A stretch of 64,000 nucleotides of DNA from Octopus sinensis (lineage: Eukaryota): contig NC_043018.1 of assembly GCF_006345805.1 (NCBI RefSeq), forward strand, positions 11,656,001 through 11,720,000. The letters are read 5' to 3'. Shown one piece after another: positions 1-12,832 of the stretch (positions are counted from its first letter, which is position 1; each line of letters starts with the position of its first letter). The position numbers and the translations under genes were made by a program. Under the pieces are notes generated by a model. That model searched no databases and had not been told where the DNA came from. It worked only from the letters and a program-made list of their open reading frames with translations.

Positions 1-205
1 CTAGTAATTATTCTATTGGTCTTTTTTGCCGAACCGGGGACATAAACGCAGACACATAAATACACACACACACATATATACAACTGGCTTCTTTCAGTTT
101 CCGTCTACCAAATCCATTCACAAGTCTTTGGTCAGCCCGAGGCTAGAGTGGGACTGAACTCAGAACCATGTGGTTGGGAAGTAAGCTTCTTACCACACAG
201 CCACG
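1..205 (-). mobile_element. tRNA-headed SINE (partial), same family as 43966-44230
   Basis: Reverse complement reads GTGGCTGTGTGGTAAG...AACCACATGGTTCTGAGTTCAGTCCCAC (Pol III A/B-box-like) then GATTTGGTAGACGGAAACTGAAAGAAGCC, as in other copies in the window. Confidence 0.75.
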
Positions 206-211
206 CGGGCA

Positions 212-278
<67 letters not shown>

Positions 279-369
279 ATATTTATAATTCTTTACAATG
301 CTTCAGCTTCAAAGCTGCGGTCATGCTGGAGCACCACTACTGACTGAGCTACACAATTATTTAAAACTT

Positions 370-830
370 CCTCAGATATGTGGCATTTCATCAATGTGAG
401 AGTTGGATGCTGCTGCCCTCATCTGTGTTTCCTGCTGTGAGGTAGACTCGTCTGGAACTCTTGACAGGAAGAGATCCAGTTTTGTTTTAGAGACACATCC
501 ACACCGTGCAGGTCTCTCAGGCATTTGGGAAGGATATTGAAGAACTGTGGGCCCTTAAAGCCCAAGCTGTTACAGTATCTGGTCCTGTATTTTGATGGCT
601 ATGCTGGAATCTTTAGCACTATGCAGTGGTGCCCTGTTCTGCAGTTTGAGTAACTTTCAATGCCAAAGTTTGGTACAAGGCCTTCTCAGATAGCTGAGGG
701 CATGTCTAAGAGTGCTGCTATGAACAGCAGTGGCTCTGAGACAGTACCCTGTGGAACACGACTTACTATTTGTGTTTCCTTGGAGGTGGTTCCCTTGGCT
801 ACCACTGTCTGACATGCAGTTTTCTTGTTA
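370..830 (-). mobile_element. Decayed CR1/L2-group LINE fragment (RT region and C-terminus, with internal deletion)
   Basis: Minus-strand translation gives VPQGTVSEPLLFI and YRTRYCNSLGFKGPQFFNILPKCLRDLHGVDV..KTKLDLFLSRVPDE, typical of CR1-like ORF2 ends; stops present. Confidence 0.6.
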
Positions 831-984
831 TTTATACACCCTGGTACTCTTAAAGAATGATTAACCCACTTATAATATAATATAATATTATTATAATATA
901 TATTATATATTAATATATAATATAATCTATATGTAATACAATATATATATATATAATATATATATATATTATGTTATATTAATA

Positions 985-1342
985 TATATATAAACGGCAA
1001 AATGTCTGTGTGTGTGTCCTTTATACAAATCCACAATCTTTCAGTTAGAGGGGTCGCACTTTCTATGGTCATTTAAAACTGTCCAAGGGTGGTTGTGCAT
1101 GTCTTTACATTTCCCCAGTCTCCCTGCAAAGCCATTAAAAAATCAATAGAAGTGACTTTTTTGTGAATTTTCTATCCAAAACCGAATCAAAATGCCAGAA
1201 ACTTGATACGCCAATCGAATACCAGCTAGCTGTGTGTGATTGGTTCGAGATTTGGACAGTACTCGCGTGTATGTGCGCACGCACACAGCTGTATATGCAT
1301 GCACTTGTACTATGACCCGGCAACGCCAGGTCATAGTGCTAG
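985..1342 (+). mobile_element. Non-autonomous Helitron-like element
   Basis: Hairpin CTATGACC-CGGCAACGCCA-GGTCATAG (1310-1336) followed by CTAG (1339-1342) and T, the canonical Helitron 3' end; 5' side begins in a (TA)n tract, so the boundary is approximate. Confidence 0.55.
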
Positions 1343-1394
1343 TATATATATATATATATATGTATATATAAATGTGTGTGTGTGAATATCTATA

Positions 1395-1742
1395 TTCTTT
1401 TACTTGTTTCAGTCATTTGACTGCTGCAATGCTGGAGCACTGCCTGTAGTCAAAGAAATTAATCCCAGAACTAATTCTTTGTAAGCCTACTACTTATTCT
1501 ATCGGTCGCTTTTGACGGGGACCAGCGTGATTTGTGAAGCAATGGTGGGGGTCACACACACACATACATATACAACAGGCTTCTTCCAGTAACCATCTAC
1601 CAAATCCAATCACCTACTCACAAACTTTTGGTCGGCCTGAGGTTATATTAGAAGGCACTTGCTCATGGTGCCACACAGCGGGACTGAAACTAGATTCATG
1701 TAGTTGGTAAGGAAGGTAGTTACCACACTGCCACCCCTGTGC
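1395..1742 (-). mobile_element. tRNA-headed SINE, near full length
   Basis: Contains TTTTACTTGTTTCAGTCATTTGACTG..ATGCTGGAGCAC tail and GGACTGAAC..TTACCACACTGCCAC head (reverse complement), as at 20545-20780 and 44990-45190. Confidence 0.7.
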
Positions 1743-2094
1743 CTATAATTTATATATATTTACATGTGAATATATATATATATATATAAATTGTATATAT
1801 AGAAAAATATATATATAATTTTTATATATATATATATAATTTTTATATATATATATATATATATATGCACACACAAATTTTATACAGGTATATATAATTT
1901 TCATATATGCATATAAATGAAAGGTTAGTTGAGTTAGGGGTTAAAATAACCATCTAAGGGATAGAAGTATCCATTACACTACTGGTATATGTTACTGATG
2001 TCAGTCAATTGTTGTTCATCAGTACTTCTTCATTTTGAATTTTTTTAAATATATGTATATATAATTTTTACATAGATATATATGCATCTCCTTG

Positions 2095-2240
2095 TTTCTT
2101 TTTCTGTTCCTTTCTGTGGAAAAGTGTAGGCTCGAAACATTAAAGACTTTTTCACTTCCCGACCGTTAAACTAAAACATCTTTTGTGGTCTACACCACCT
2201 GTCTTTGTCTTTTGTTTTTTTGAGAATTCTCCCTATAATT
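2095..2240 (+). mobile_element. Penelope pLTR-like repeat with a relic minimal hammerhead motif (2110-2145)
   Basis: CTTT-CTGTGGA-A-AAGT GTAG GCTC-GAAA-CATT-AAAG has stem I (CTTT/AAAG), a degenerate core, a partial stem II and GAAA. Confidence 0.45.
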
Positions 2241-3162
2241 TTTATATATACTGTAAAAACCCATGTAATTTGTACAACTGTGTAATTTACACTGGTGATT
2301 TTTGAGGATAAAAATTTTTATAAAAGGCTTCTACTCGTGTAAGATTTGCACCCAAGTTTTCAGAATTGCTGATATGGCCGAGGGGAAAAGGTTTTCAGTT
2401 TAGTAGTATTTAGCATAATTTCACTTACTGATGATTAGATTTTATTAAATTTTCATCAAATACAAAAATTTAGTTTAACAGGTATCACATTGAAAGCTAT
2501 TGAATTATAAAGTATTTGTGCCGTTTACAATAAACTTTATATTACATTTCTTACCCACAAGAGATTATGTCCCATCTTTGGCATACTTCTGTATGTCTTC
2601 TCAAATCATGATCACAGTAAAAAGTTGTTGATAATTCTTTCAAACAAAGCTGATAAATATGCTCAAGTATTGCAAAATAAGCTTCATTACCAATAAACAT
2701 CAGCTTGGATGACACTATACTCAACCAGCATAGGAAGGTGACCGATCAAATTGATTGTGTAAACAGAATTCTCATTGGTCGAAAGTGTCTTCTTGTCTCA
2801 AGCTCTGATTTTCTGCCTATTCTTGTCGGAACCTTTGATATGGAGCATCGAAATTTTCACACATATTAAATGTCAAGCAAACTTAAAATCTGTCATTACC
2901 GTTTTAGCTGGGTGACCAAGCTGAGAGTTTGGTAACCCGCTAAAATAAACATTAAAAACATTAAAAATCGAAAGGAGAAAATAAACGGCTTTGCACATTT
3001 AGCTCTGTGTTTATTGTTCAAGAGAGGTGCAAATTTTAAGAAGCAACTTGTCAGAATATACACGTCTGTGTGAAGACATATGCAAGTATAGCGATATATC
3101 CATATATATCATCATCACCATATATATATGTATATATATATATATCCATATATATACACCTG

Positions 3163-3197
<35 letters not shown>

Positions 3198-3250
3198 ATG
3201 TATATATGTGTGTGTGTGTATGTATATATGTGTGTGTGTGTATGTATATA

Positions 3251-3283
<33 letters not shown>

Positions 3284-3330
3284 ATATATATGTGTATATA
3301 AATATGTGTGTGTATATATATGTATATATC

Positions 3331-5444
3331 CATATCATCATCGTTTAACATCTGCTTTCCATGGTGGCATGGGTTGGATGATTTGACTGAGGACTGGCGA
3401 ACCGGATGGCTGCACCAAGCTCCAGTCTGATCTAGCAGAGTTTCTACTGCTGGATGCCCTTCCTAATGCCAACCACTTTGAGAGTGTAGTGGGTGCTTTT
3501 ATGTGCCATTGTTACGAGGGCCAGCTGGTGGTACTGGCAACGGCCACACTCATGGTGTTTTTTTACGTGCAACCTGCACAGGAGCCAGTCCTACGAAACT
3601 GGCAACGACCTCGCTCAAATATTTTTCATGTGCCAGTAAGGCAACGCTGATAACAATCACATTCAGTTTCTTTTTATGTGCCACCAGCATGGAAGCCATT
3701 CAGCTGCTCTTGCAATGATCACACTCGGATGGTGCTCTTAGCGCTATACTAGCATGGATACCAGTCATCAAATTTGATTTTGATTTCAATTTCACTTCCC
3801 TCAACAGGTTTTCGCAAGCAGAATTTAATGACCAATGAAGGAAAAGTACGCATAATTGGGCTGGTTACACCCCTGGTAGAGGCCACGGGTTATGGTCTCA
3901 CTTGGCTTGCCGGCTCTTCTCAAGCCCAGCGTATTTTCAAAGGTCTCGGTCACTAGTCATTGCCTCAGTGAGGCCTAATGTTCAAAGGTCATACTTCACC
4001 AATCATCCCGGGTCTTTCTGGGTCTACCGCTTCCACAGGTTCCCTCAGTCGCTACGGTGTGGCGCTTTTTCACACAGCTATCCACATGACCATACCAGCA
4101 CAGTCGTCTCTCTTGTACACTACATCTGATGCTTCTTAGGTCCAACTTTTCTCTCCAGGTACTTACACTTTGTCGAGTATGCACACTGACATTACACATC
4201 CATCAGAGCATACTGGCTTCATTCCTTGCAAGCTTACGCATGGCTCATGTTTCACTGCCATGTAGCATGGCTGTTCATACACATGCGTCATACAGTCTAA
4301 CTTTTACTCTGAGCGAGAGGCCCTATTCTTATTCTAGGAGCTACACTTTAAGTACACCCGCCCCCGCTACTGACTTGGTCACCTAGGTAACGGAAGCTAT
4401 CAGCTACTTTTAGTTTTTCTCCCTGGAATGTGGCAGAAGTTGTTCTCTGCACATTTTCAGTGTTTATTGCTCCTGAGCATCTGCCATATACAAAAACTAT
4501 CCTCCCAGTTAGCCTTCCTTTGATATTGCTGCACCTCTTATGTGTCCATAGCTTACAATTGGTGCATCTTATAGAGTTTCTACCTACACCTTTTCTACAG
4601 ATCGAGCAGGGCCATCTACCTGAAGGGATTTGTGATTTGCCTGCCTTCCTACATATTAGGACTTTGGTATTAGCTAGGTTGATTTTAAGGCCCTTCGATT
4701 CTAATCCTTGTCTCCACACTTGAAACTTTGCCTCTAGTTCTGATAGTGACTCAGCAATTAGAGCAAGGTCATCAGCATATAGGAGCTCCCAGGGGCATCC
4801 TGTTTTGAATTCCTCCATTATTGCCTGGAGGACTATGATAAATAGGAGGGGGCTGAGGACTGAACCTTGGTGGACCCCTACCTCTACTCTGAATTCTTTA
4901 GTGTACTCATTGGCAACCCTCACCTTACTGACAGCATCTCTGTACATGGCTTGCACAGCTCTCACTAACCATTCATCTATCCCTTGTTTCCTCATTGACC
5001 ACCAGATAAGGGATCGGGGGACCTTGTCAAAGGCTTTCTCCATGTCAACGAAAGCCAGGTACATGGGCTTATCTTTGGCTTGGTATTTCTCCTGTAGCTG
5101 TCTCACCAGAAATATGGCATCAGTGGTGCTTTTCCTTGGCACAAAACCAAACTGCGTCTCATCCAAGCTGACTCTCTCCCTAATCAGTTGGGCTATGACC
5201 CTCTCCGTAACCTTCATTACCTGATCCAACAGCTTGATACCTCTGTAGTTATTTGTATCTAGGGCGTCACCTTTACCTTTGTAGCAGTTGACTATTATGC
5301 TGCTACACCAGTCATTGGGTATGACTCCTTCATGTATCACCAGGTTAACTATATGGGTGACTAGGCTATAGCCGACACTTTTGAGCATCTCTGCAGTGAT
5401 TCCTGATGGGCCTGGGGCTTTCCCTGTCTTCATGCTTCTGATTG
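3331..5444 (-). mobile_element. 5'-truncated RTE-clade LINE (RT ORF remnant, 3' UTR and (GAT)n tail)
   Basis: RT ORF 4348-5433; downstream frames give RLCWYGHV and GRPRKT; 3' UTR has the TTGGCATTAGGAAGGGCATCCAGC motif; tail reads CATCATCATCGTTTAAC on the + strand at ~3331-3347. Confidence 0.9.
4348..5433 (-). pseudogene. Reverse transcriptase domain of the RTE LINE (361-aa open stretch, lacks the endonuclease, disrupted C-terminally)
   Basis: Motifs KAPGPSG, NYRGIKLL, QFGF, FVDMEKAFDKV, GVHQGSVLSPLLF, YADD, KTKV-like NTKV, FRYLG; Cys-rich insert WPCSICRKGVGRNSIRCTNCKLWTHKRC. Confidence 0.92.
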
Positions 5445-5849
5445 CCTTAACTACTAAGGAACTGTCTACTCGGATAGCTCCTTAACTACTAAGGAACTGT
5501 CTACTCGGATAGCTCCTTAACTACTAAGGAACTGTCTACTCAGATAGCTCCTTAACTACTAAGGAACTGTCTACTCGGATAGCTCCTTAACTACTAAGGA
5601 ACTGTCTACTCGGATAGCTCCTTAACTACTAAGGAACTGTCTACTCAGATAGCTCCTTAACTACTAAGGAACTGTCTACTCGGATAGCTCCTTAACTACT
5701 AAGGAACTGTCTACTCGGATAGCTCCTTAACTACTAAGGAACTGTCTACTCGGATAGCTCCTTAACTACTAAGGAACTGTCTACTCGGATAGCTCCTTAA
5801 CTACTAAGGAACTGTCTACTCGGATAGCTCCTTAACTACTAAGGAACTG
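5445..5849. repeat. 35-bp tandem array (~11.6 copies) at the 5' truncation point of the RTE
   Basis: Unit CCTTAACTACTAAGGAACTGTCTACTCGGATAGCT; its reverse complement encodes AIRVDSSLVVK, contiguous with the RT frame KAIRSMKTGKAPG. Confidence 0.95.
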
Positions 5850-6180
5850 GCAAAGGAAAGACGGAAGACAGAATATACAAGAATTTATTAGTAATCATGA
5901 GAATTGTTCTGACACGTCTAGCATCGATCCCTTATGGTTGGGACACTCAACAACTGGTTCAAGAACATTTGGTGGTGCAGATGTATCTAGTCGGGCGATA
6001 AATAACTACAACTCTTTAAAATAACAGTTCCACAGTGTGACTTCTCATTTTTTAGAAAGAAACGCAGCTAGATGTAGGGAATATCTTCATTGATATAGAA
6101 GATCAAAACTAAAATCCTAGATGGCAAAAGGAGAAATAACACACAATCCAGCGAGAAAAGTTTAAAAAGGACCGTTCAGA

Positions 6181-6530
6181 AATCATCATCATCATCATCA
6201 TCGTTTAGCATCCGTTTTCCATGCTAGCATGGGTTGGACGGTTCTACTGGGGTCTGTGAAGCCAGAAGGCTTCATCAGGCCCAGTCAAATCTGGCAGTGT
6301 TTCTACGGCTGGATGCCCTTCCTAACGCCAACCACTCCGTGAGTGTAGTGGGTGCTTTTTACGTGCCACCCGCACTGGTGCCAGACAGAGCTGGCAAACG
6401 GCCACGAACGGATGGTGCTTTTTATGTGCCAGGCGAGGCTGGCAACGGACTCGAAACGGGGTGGTGCTGGCAACGGTCGCGAAACGGAAAGTTCTCTTAC
6501 ATGCCAATGGATGTATAAATGCCCTCAGGC
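6181..6530 (-). mobile_element. RTE-3'-end-derived short element (SINE-like or truncated LINE)
   Basis: (CAT)n-CGTTTAGCATCCGTTTTCCATGCTAGCATGGG...CTGGATGCCCTTCCTAACGCCAACCACTCC, same tail as 3331-3480. Confidence 0.8.
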
Positions 6531-6849
6531 AAGCTGCATTGCACATGTACACTTGCTCATGCAACCATCTGCAAAAATGTGAGCATATGCACATGCAAGG
6601 TTTGGTGCACTCATGATCACAAAGCCAGTTGGTTATTTACTTGATGTTTAGAAGAACTGGGAGGTTAAAAGTAAACCTAAGTTATCCATACCTTAAAGTA
6701 AATTAAATTATGTTAACATTTACTCAAAATTCATTCCCACTGCATTGTGCAAAAGTACATTTATATGTGTGTTGGCATCTCGAGAGTCGTTCAGAAATTC
6801 TATTAAGTATCTTCTCATTAGTCTACAGAATAGACGGATTCCTCAGAGT

Positions 6850-7352
6850 AGGGACAGCATCTCCTGGAAATTGTATTGTATGATTTTGTGTACCTTACAA
6901 TGGACCAAGTTATGTTGTACTTCATTTGATCCTCCTTCAGTCGCCAAACAAAATCTGCCAAAGGTGTTGATTAAAGTTGGCAACATATTTACAATAACGA
7001 TTCTTAAATGAATCAGCCGTCTGCCCAATGTAAACATATGGTCCTCCCCTTGTGGGCAAAGTACATTTATATACAAGATTTGTACTCATACAGCTTCATC
7101 AAAGGACATTTTGATTTTTCTCTGCACAAGCATTTATTGTAGTTATTTGTATATAAGGTAGTCCAGCCTCCATTTACCAGCATTGTTGACGTGTTAGCTG
7201 TATCATAAGTATTTCTACTACAAGAAATTGGTCGTAATTGGTGTTTATCATTGCGGTTTACATATCTTTGGTTGTTATTTAGATGCAAATGTTCACTAGA
7301 TCCAGTATGTGGGTTATTAAACCTTTGTCGCATTTTGCTATTGTTTATATAT

Positions 7353-7360
<8 letters not shown>
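6850..7360 (-). mobile_element. Penelope-like element fragment (GIY-YIG endonuclease relic)
   Basis: Frameshifted minus-strand translation KCLCREKSKCPLMK...LVYKCTLPTRGGPYVYIGQTADSFKNRY. Confidence 0.7.
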
Positions 7361-7420
<60 letters not shown>

Positions 7421-7670
7421 AAATGAGTAAGAATAGATTCAACTTTTCAATTCTGTTGCATCCGTTTCCATGACAACGGTTATGTATTCGTGTTTAACAT
7501 GTATTACACAATATAACAAAATAACCAGGTCACTCTCTCAGTCATATTTGAATTATGAAAATAGAATTTGATCTGTGAGAAATTTATCTCAACATTCCAA
7601 GAATATATTTATTAAACAGTGTTGTTTACAAACACATTAAGTGAAGTGATGGGATTGATTTAGTACAGCT

Positions 7671-8497
7671 CCCAAAATTACTGCAGAGCTTAATGACCAC
7701 CTTGAGAACCCAGTTTCCACAAAAACTGTCCGCCAGCTGCTGCATAAAGCCGGATTTCACGGGAGGGCTGCAATTAGAAAAGCATCACTTTCAAAAAGAA
7801 ATGTTGCAAAGCGTTTAGAGCAGAGTAAAAACCTACAGAATTGATCCCTAGAGCAGTGGGAGAATGTTATTTTCTTAGATGAGTCATCCTTTACCTTATT
7901 TCCACCCACCAGCCCTAGTATGTGTGGAGACAGCCAAAAGAAGCATTTGACTCAGGCTGCCTTCTTCCAACTATAAATATGGAGGAGGATGTGTGATGAG
8001 CTTGGAGGGGGGGCTATATCTTGGAAATCAGCTGGCCCAATGGTTTCCCTTCATGGCAGAATTAATAGTCAAGACTATTTAAGCATTTTATCTAATCAAA
8101 TTCATCCTATTGTTGCGGAACTGTCTCCAGAGGGAAACACAATCTTTCAGGATGATGATGCACTAATTCACACAGTTAAAGTTGTTACTGAATGGCACGA
8201 GGAACATTCTAGTGAAGTTGAACATCTTATCTGGCCACCACAGTCCTCAGATTTCAATATTATTGAACATTTATGGTGCATTTTAGAAGAACAAGCAAGG
8301 AGTCGATATCCTCCACCATCGCTACAAGAACTGGAGACTGTTTTAGCTGAAGAATGGACAAAAATTCCTTTGGAAACAATTCAAACTTTGTATGAGTCTC
8401 TAGCTTGTAGAATTCAAGCTGTAATTACTGCCAAAGGTGGTCCTACCCCATATTAAAATAAATTTTAAGGTGTTTCCATTATTTTGTCCAACCCCTG
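7671..8497 (+). mobile_element. 5'-truncated Tc1-family DD34E transposon relic with right TIR
   Basis: TAPKITAELNDHLENPVSTKTVR, VIFLDESSF, IFQDD, WPPQSSDFNIIEHLW, GGPTPY* (ORF 7989-8456); TIR ...TTTCCATTATTTTGTCCAACCCCTG followed by TA. Confidence 0.9.
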
Positions 8498-9065
8498 TAT
8501 TTTCATATATTGACATGTTTGTGTTTGAACCTACTGAAAAAATATTTATAAGTATGTGTAGCCTTATATTTTTTTGTTTTTGGAAGTATGTCCAAATAAT
8601 TAATTTCTTAAAAAACATATTGCTTTGTATGTAATTAGATGTGTGTGTGTGTATCTGTATGTTTATGTGTACATATGTTAATGTGTGTGCATGTATGTGT
8701 GTTTGTATACATGTATGTATTAAAACAAAAGCTGGAAAATTTAGTATATTTTTTAATTCCACATTACGTATATTTCACTACAGTATTAGAAATGCATTGT
8801 GAATATTAGTAATAATAATAATAATAATAATATTATAAATAAATTCATAATAGGTATGGAATCTCCAATCCATAATTCTGCAAATAGGATTTACCAGAAC
8901 TTTCAGTTAGTATGTATGCGTTATTAAAATAGAACATCAATCCACACACTTTTGATTACTGCAATGTGTAGGTGTGGTTTATAACTACTTGAATATACTA
9001 TATACATACACATATATATATACACATACATATACATATATATATATATATACACACACACACAT

Positions 9066-9617
9066 ACATGAGGTCGTATCAATAAGTATTTGGGCTGTTG
9101 CCATAGTAACGAAGCTAACGCTCAGAGTGAAGCTGCTTGGCCAAAATTGACCTTGAATACTACTGTGCTCACTTCTGCTGTTTACAACAGTGCTTCAAAG
9201 GAAAGTATGTAGCGTGTGATCATCACATTGACCATGACAGAGAAAGTTGTCATGGCGATACCTGCTCAGAGGCCTATCCAAAGTGGATGGAGAGGAGTGA
9301 ATGAGCTGCATGCAAGTGTACGAGTGGTTCAGCCGTTTCCAAGGTGGCTGAGAATATGTCAATATTGAGAATGTTTTGGGAGACCTGCAACCAGCAGAAC
9401 TGAGGAAAACATTGCAGATGTGTGTGCAGCTGTGATGGGAAATCATCGAATCACCATCTGTGAATTATCAGAGGATGTGCAGATTAGTTATGAGACTCGT
9501 GTCTGCCAAGTTTGTGCCAAAACTGCTTCCAGCTGACCAAAAAGACACTTGGGTTTCAGTGGCACAAGATCTCCTTGATTGTGTGCCAAGATAGATGAAA
9601 ACTTTTTGAAAACCTTG
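9066..9617 (+). mobile_element. mariner-family relic (left end and N-terminal HTH region)
   Basis: Left end GAGGTCGTATCAATAAGT; translation VYEWFSRFQGG, RPATSRTEENI, RITICELSEDVQISY, RVSAKFVPKLL; many stops and deletions. Confidence 0.75.
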
Positions 9618-11715
9618 CATAGATTAGCTAAATATTAAATTAATCCCATCCCTTCAACTAATGTTTATTAGTGCCATCTTTAATTAACATTTTCTTGGAA
9701 TGTTGCTCTATGCAGATTGTATTTTGATAATTCAAACATGTCTGACAAAATGGTCTGAATATTTTGTTCTGTTGTGTAATATATTAATAAGCAAATACAT
9801 AGCCATTCTCATGGAAACACATGTAACATAGTTAAAAAGTCAACACCATCCTTATTCATTTGTTATATTTTTACTCTGCAATAAATGTGCAGCATTTTAT
9901 TAAATTCACTGGAGGCTTAATAATATGAATTAACTGATTAATATTGCATTATTTGTTCTATTGATTGGTTGATGGATATAGAGTATTGTTGGTATTCCTC
10001 TGTGAACCAAATACTCGCACAAAGTGCTACTAAGTTAATTGCCTTAGATTGTACAGATCCCTAAAACTTGAATATATTATATGTATGTATTATGCATATA
10101 TATGAGGTAACATTAATTTAAAAGCCATGTTGAGGAAGAATCCATTTGAAAATGATTTCATGTGAATCTGTGATTTATTCTACCTATTACAAGACTGTTT
10201 ATTATTATTTTCTTTGTCACTGTTTTTAATTCTAATTTCATTTTGTAGCCATTTCAGTTTGCAACGATCTTGCCTCCCATCTGTTTCTTGTAGTTCTCTT
10301 CATTTCCCCCCCTCCACCAGTCTTGTAGACACTTGTTGCTTAAATCTGTATCCAAGTCTGATCCTGCATTTATTTTTTATTTTATTCTGTTTTAGTATTT
10401 CCTGCTTTCCCTTTTATATTTTTACATTATTGTTTGCTATTATTTATTGCCTAGTTATGAATATTTTGTTTGATTTCTTGCATTTAAAAATTCTTTTTTT
10501 TTTTTTTTTTTACAAGTTTAAGATCTGATCAAAATATATTTTTTCACAGGGTTAAACTGCATGCTTAATCATTGAAAAAAAAAATTAATTCTGTTTTTTT
10601 TTTTTTTATTTCAAATAAATGTTCATAACCATGACAACCGTGGTGCAATTCCTGACAAACTTATATAAGAAAAATTGCAGAACAAATTCGAACTTATACC
10701 ATCTTTAGAACAACATATGCAAAATTTCAATCAGATTGTCATCATGTCTCTTATTTCTGGATGTATACATAGTCTCAAATTAGATTCAAACTGGAAGTAT
10801 TTAATTTAAACTATGGTGAATCATGTTCTTACCCACATGGCCATGTATATGGTTCATGCATTACCAGGTTCTTAGTTCAATGCAGAGACTATGCTCACAT
10901 TCAGGAATGAAACATCTGACAATGTTTGGACATCCAAAAACTCTAAATGTAATGTAGATATGTAATTTAAGGCAAGGTTGATATTCTGTGAATTAATATA
11001 ATTTTGTTAAAAACTCATTTTAGCAATTTAATTATCCATACATTTCAACTAATAGCAGGAAATACAATTTTTTACTGTATGTCACTATTTCAAATTGTTC
11101 TATGCTCTGTCACAACATGGTACAAAATATTGGCTACAAACACATTTTACCAGATCCTACACCATTTAGTTGTTAATGTACAGCTGAAGATTTTGTTTTT
11201 GTGTAAAATGTCTTATAAGTCATCCTATTGAGGCCCTTTCTTCCTCGAGCTATTTTCATTTGATAAGCACATCTTGGCAATTGACTGTGTAGTGTCCCTG
11301 TCATTAACATCGATCGCCTGTACTTTGTAGGGTACTTGATTATAGTATCCTTCTCAGTAATGTGGTGCAGTACTAATGACTAGATACAAACCTTCAGCTT
11401 TGCAGATTTCGGTGTCTGTGTAGTCACACAGGCACACACACCCCTCCACACACACACACACTTGTATACACATCACTGTCAACTTGATTAAATTGTAGAA
11501 CAATTATCACATTCTTTGTTATTTAAAAAAATATATATTCAGAAGAAATGGTTTAAAATTTGAATGGTGGATCCTGCAGGTCCTTTTGGCTCCTTTATTG
11601 CCTGTCTTTTTTTTTTTATATCCAAAAAAATTCAGAAATTGGAATGACCAAATCTATATAGTCATTTGGAGTTTTGTATCTCATCTTGTACTTTGTTGTT
11701 GTTGTTATTGTTATA

Positions 11716-12390
11716 ACAAGCTGGCAGAATTGTTAACATGCCAGACATAGGGGTACTTCATCCATTTTTATGTTTTGAGTTCAAATTCTACTGAGGTCAA
11801 CTTTGCCTTTCAGGGTCGATAAAATAAGTAACGGCTGAGTGCTGGGGTCGATGTAATCAACTTGCCCCCACTCCCAAAATTGCTGGCTTTGTGCCCATAG
11901 TAGAAAGGGTTATTATTATTATTATTATTTAAGGCAGTAAGCTGGCAAAATTATTAGCACAGTGAACAAAATGCATAGTGGCATTTCATCTGTCTTTAAG
12001 TTATGAGTTCAAATTCCACCAAAACTACTTTTGCCTTTCTTCATTTAGGAGTTGATAAAATAAGTACCAGTTGAACACTGGGGTCAATATAATCAACCAG
12101 ATCCATCCCCTATAATTTCAGGCCTTGTGCCTATAGGACAAAGGATTGTTATTTTTTATTTAAGGTGATGAATTGGCAGAATTGTAAACATGCCAGAGAG
12201 AATGATTAGTGACATTTCTTGCAGGTCGATGCATTCTGAGTCCCAGTGCCACTAAGGCTGACTTTGCCTTCCATCCTTTTGGGATTGATAAAATAAGGAT
12301 CAGTCAAGTACTGGGATTGATGTAATCGACTAGCTGCCTCCCCCCCCCCCATAGATTTTGGGCCTTGTGCCTAATGTAGAAAGGATTATC
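11716..12390 (+). mobile_element. Three head-to-tail tRNA-SINE copies with a Deu/Nin-like central domain
   Basis: Each copy has AGCTGGCAGAA..TTAGCA/TTAACA...GAGTTCAAATTC..CTTTGCCTT..GGGTCGATAAAATAAG..CTGGGGTCGATGTAATC...GGCCTTGTGCC and an (ATT)n tail. Confidence 0.7.
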
Positions 12391-12791
12391 ATTATTTTTA
12401 GTCATTACTCGTTGCTAGGTAATGACCTAGTCAAGATGAAAGAGATTCTTCAGCAGAATCCTACTAAAATGATCTACTAATTGATACGAGCAACAACAAC
12501 CGGTTTCTTTTTTTCTCTTGAAACAAATTTAAATTCTATCTTTCACACACACACACACTCGCTCTCTCTCTCTCTCTCTCTCTCAACAATGAGTCTGTAT
12601 TGTCTTTATGTTGAAAGACATACAGAAGCACACGCACTACCCCCAAAATAACTATATATATTATATATATATATAAATAATTATTTTGTTGAAGTCTGTG
12701 TTTTGTCGACATCCTAGCACTTGAAGTTCTTGTGTTTTAATCAAACCTTTTCAGTTACTTTGGTGACAACACTACCTATCTGTCACACACA

Positions 12792-12832
<41 letters not shown>

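Noticed and set aside
2250-3065. Possible pogo/Tigger-like non-autonomous DNA element
   Set aside because: Only vague terminal similarity; no convincing TIR pair or transposase motif.
3027-3386. ORFs rich in Cys/Val/Tyr/Ile or His/Thr (also 21366-21713, 25732-26280, 26676-27318, 30908-31158)
   Set aside because: Translations of (TA)n/(TG)n/(CA)n microsatellites.
5850-6180. Possible Penelope RT relic (RYRDDIF-like trace)
   Set aside because: Too degenerate to call without alignment.
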